Virus record (IMG/VR): IMGVR_UViG_3300037423_002659
Span: 1-37,468 of that record
DNA from: a virus
Lineage: Duplodnaviria; Caudoviricetes
Length of the DNA stretch: 37,468 nucleotides
Direction: 5' to 3' (one strand)
Part shown: positions 36,174 to 37,468 of the stretch, one piece after another
Layout of the letters: the number at the start of each line of letters is the position of its first letter
How positions within the stretch are numbered: the first letter of the stretch is position 1
Notes under the pieces: generated by a model
The model's database searches: none
Told to the model about the DNA's origin: nothing
What the model saw: the letters and a program-made list of their open reading frames with translations, nothing else
Made by a program: the position numbers and the translations under genes

Positions 36174-36415
36174 TCAGCCTCCGCCGCGACAACGTCGGCT
36201 CGCTCAGTCTTTGAGAACTGGTCTCGTGCAGGGCACTTTACGAAGTGCGAGACGTAGGCTTCCTCGACAAGCTCGCGCGGTACCGCCGCCCAGCCGGTCA
36301 CACCCCAGTCCAGCGTGTACACCGCTGAGACTCGCTCAAGCGGAATATTCTTACCGGCCGGTGTTCGAGCCCAGACGATCTCCCGGCCGCAGCCCTTGCA
36401 CTTCGAGTACTTCAC
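36170..36415 (-). CDS. Small Zn-binding hypothetical protein
   Basis: CKGCGREIVWART...HFVKCP. Confidence 0.7.
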   Translation of the reverse strand: MKYSKCKGCGREIVWARTPAGKNIPLERVSAVYTLDWGVTGWAAVPRELVEEAYVSHFVKCPARDQFSKTERADVVAAEAE

Positions 36416-36639
36416 GCCGTCTTCTCCAGCTCGAAAGCGACGGCATTGCCGAGCGGCTCGGCGTACACGGTCCGCAACTGATCGCGAATCGCATCAACTG
36501 CGGCAAAGAGATGCATGAGCCGCTCCTCGCGTTCACCGCTTGCGGTCTCCTTGATGCGGGACTTTTTCACGGACTGCTCGAAGTTCCGGAGCCAGTACAT
36601 GTGAGCTGAATATTCGTCGGTGATCTGCTTGTGCGTCAT
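36412..36639 (-). CDS. Hypothetical protein
   Basis: RBS GGAGGG; coupled downstream. Confidence 0.6.
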   Translation of the reverse strand: MTHKQITDEYSAHMYWLRNFEQSVKKSRIKETASGEREERLMHLFAAVDAIRDQLRTVYAEPLGNAVAFELEKTA

Positions 36640-36640
36640 G

Positions 36641-37468
36641 CTATCCCTCCAGTGGTGTACGGCCGAGATTCCCGGCCTTGTTCATCATCGCTCTCACTTC
36701 CGCGGCCTTGCGGGCCCTTTCAGCTGGATCAACGGGCGGAGGCGGCTCAGGTGGCGGCCCCTCTGGAACGACGGCAAGGCGAGGCTGTGGCGGCGATTCC
36801 AGGGCGTAGTCTCGCCAAGGTTCCTTGTCGTCGGTGCCGACAAACGAGGACCAGTGCAGCATGTACTTCGGATCGCGCCGCTCCATTCGACACTCGCTGG
36901 CGTACTTGCGAACGGCACTCGAAAAAGCATCGAAGTCAGCCTGAGTCTTGATCCTCGCCTTGAGCCGTTTCATGCCCTCATCCTTCCCGCGCTTTCGCGG
37001 GTAGCCCTGGTAAACGCTTTCGAAATCAAATCCGGCCGATTCCGGCCGCGTGACCGTGTTTGTTTGTCTGTTTGTCTGTTTGTCTGTAGCGCACGTCTCC
37101 GTATCGTCGGCGTTACGTGGACGTTCCGTCGGTGTATCGTCCACGGGATCTATCTGATTTCCCGAGAGCTTTTCGATCGCAGACAAAACCGCCGCTCGTC
37201 GGAGCCGACAAACGCGCTCAGCATGGGCAAATTTGATCGTCACAAGGTCGGAGTTTTTCTGGGAGCTCACTGACAGGATGTAGACCCAGACCAGGATCTC
37301 CTCATGCGAGAACTCAAAGAAGTCGGGATCCTCAAGGAGGCGGTTCGAGCACCTGAACCAGGAATTGTGCTCGACATCCTTGCGGCCCTTGTATTCCGCC
37401 CAGCGGCGAATCCGAATGGTAATACTTGTCGGTGTGCTCATGATGTCAGGCGCCCCCCGCGCCTTCAT
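36641..37468 (-). CDS. Phage replication initiator / replisome organiser
   Basis: N-terminal WFRCSNRLLEDPDF helical domain, low-complexity linker, C-terminal FESVYQGYPRKRGK domain; upstream of rusA; true start may be ATG 37441. Confidence 0.75.
   Translation of the reverse strand: MKARGAPDIMSTPTSITIRIRRWAEYKGRKDVEHNSWFRCSNRLLEDPDFFEFSHEEILVWVYILSVSSQKNSDLVTIKFAHAERVCRLRRAAVLSAIEKLSGNQIDPVDDTPTERPRNADDTETCATDKQTNRQTNTVTRPESAGFDFESVYQGYPRKRGKDEGMKRLKARIKTQADFDAFSSAVRKYASECRMERRDPKYMLHWSSFVGTDDKEPWRDYALESPPQPRLAVVPEGPPPEPPPPVDPAERARKAAEVRAMMNKAGNLGRTPLEG
37057..37086. repeat. Tandem 8-mer (TGTTTGTC)x3 in the initiator linker, candidate origin element
   Basis: Copies at 37061, 37069, 37077. Confidence 0.55.

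Larger units (their letters stand above)
1..37468. mobile_element. Temperate podovirus-type phage / prophage, near complete
   Basis: Integrase, immunity switch, recombination, replication, packaging, head, short-tail and lysis modules present; no tape measure or sheath gene recognised; no host genes seen. Confidence 0.93.

Overview
The window looks like a near-complete temperate podovirus-type (P22-like morphogenesis) phage or prophage, with almost all genes on the minus strand. Left to right: tyrosine integrase, excisionase-like and XRE HTH genes; an early region with repeated structured RNA elements, ERF and Gp157; a divergent cro/cI switch with three operators; a small regulator and a lipoprotein; lysis genes with a two-domain endolysin; ejection, tail, fibre, capsid, scaffold, portal and TerL genes; an accessory island between terL and terS (Tad1-like sponge, tRNA-Leu, glycosyltransferase, DNA methyltransferase); tRNA-Gln; cassette-like small genes, RusA and a replication initiator. 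The most striking unannotated signal is a ~170-nt multi-stem RNA at the head of the late operon (32598-32767, minus). It carries two seeds complementary to motifs in the four clear non-coding gaps of the structural/lysis region, three of them on hairpins that hide a Shine-Dalgarno sequence, so it is a candidate trans-acting activator of late-gene translation. A second signal is a three-copy covarying long-stem RNA motif plus an expanded tRNA-like element in the early operon. All calls are by eye from motifs and synteny; no searches were run. The host is unknown (Bdellovibrionota is a weak impression only).
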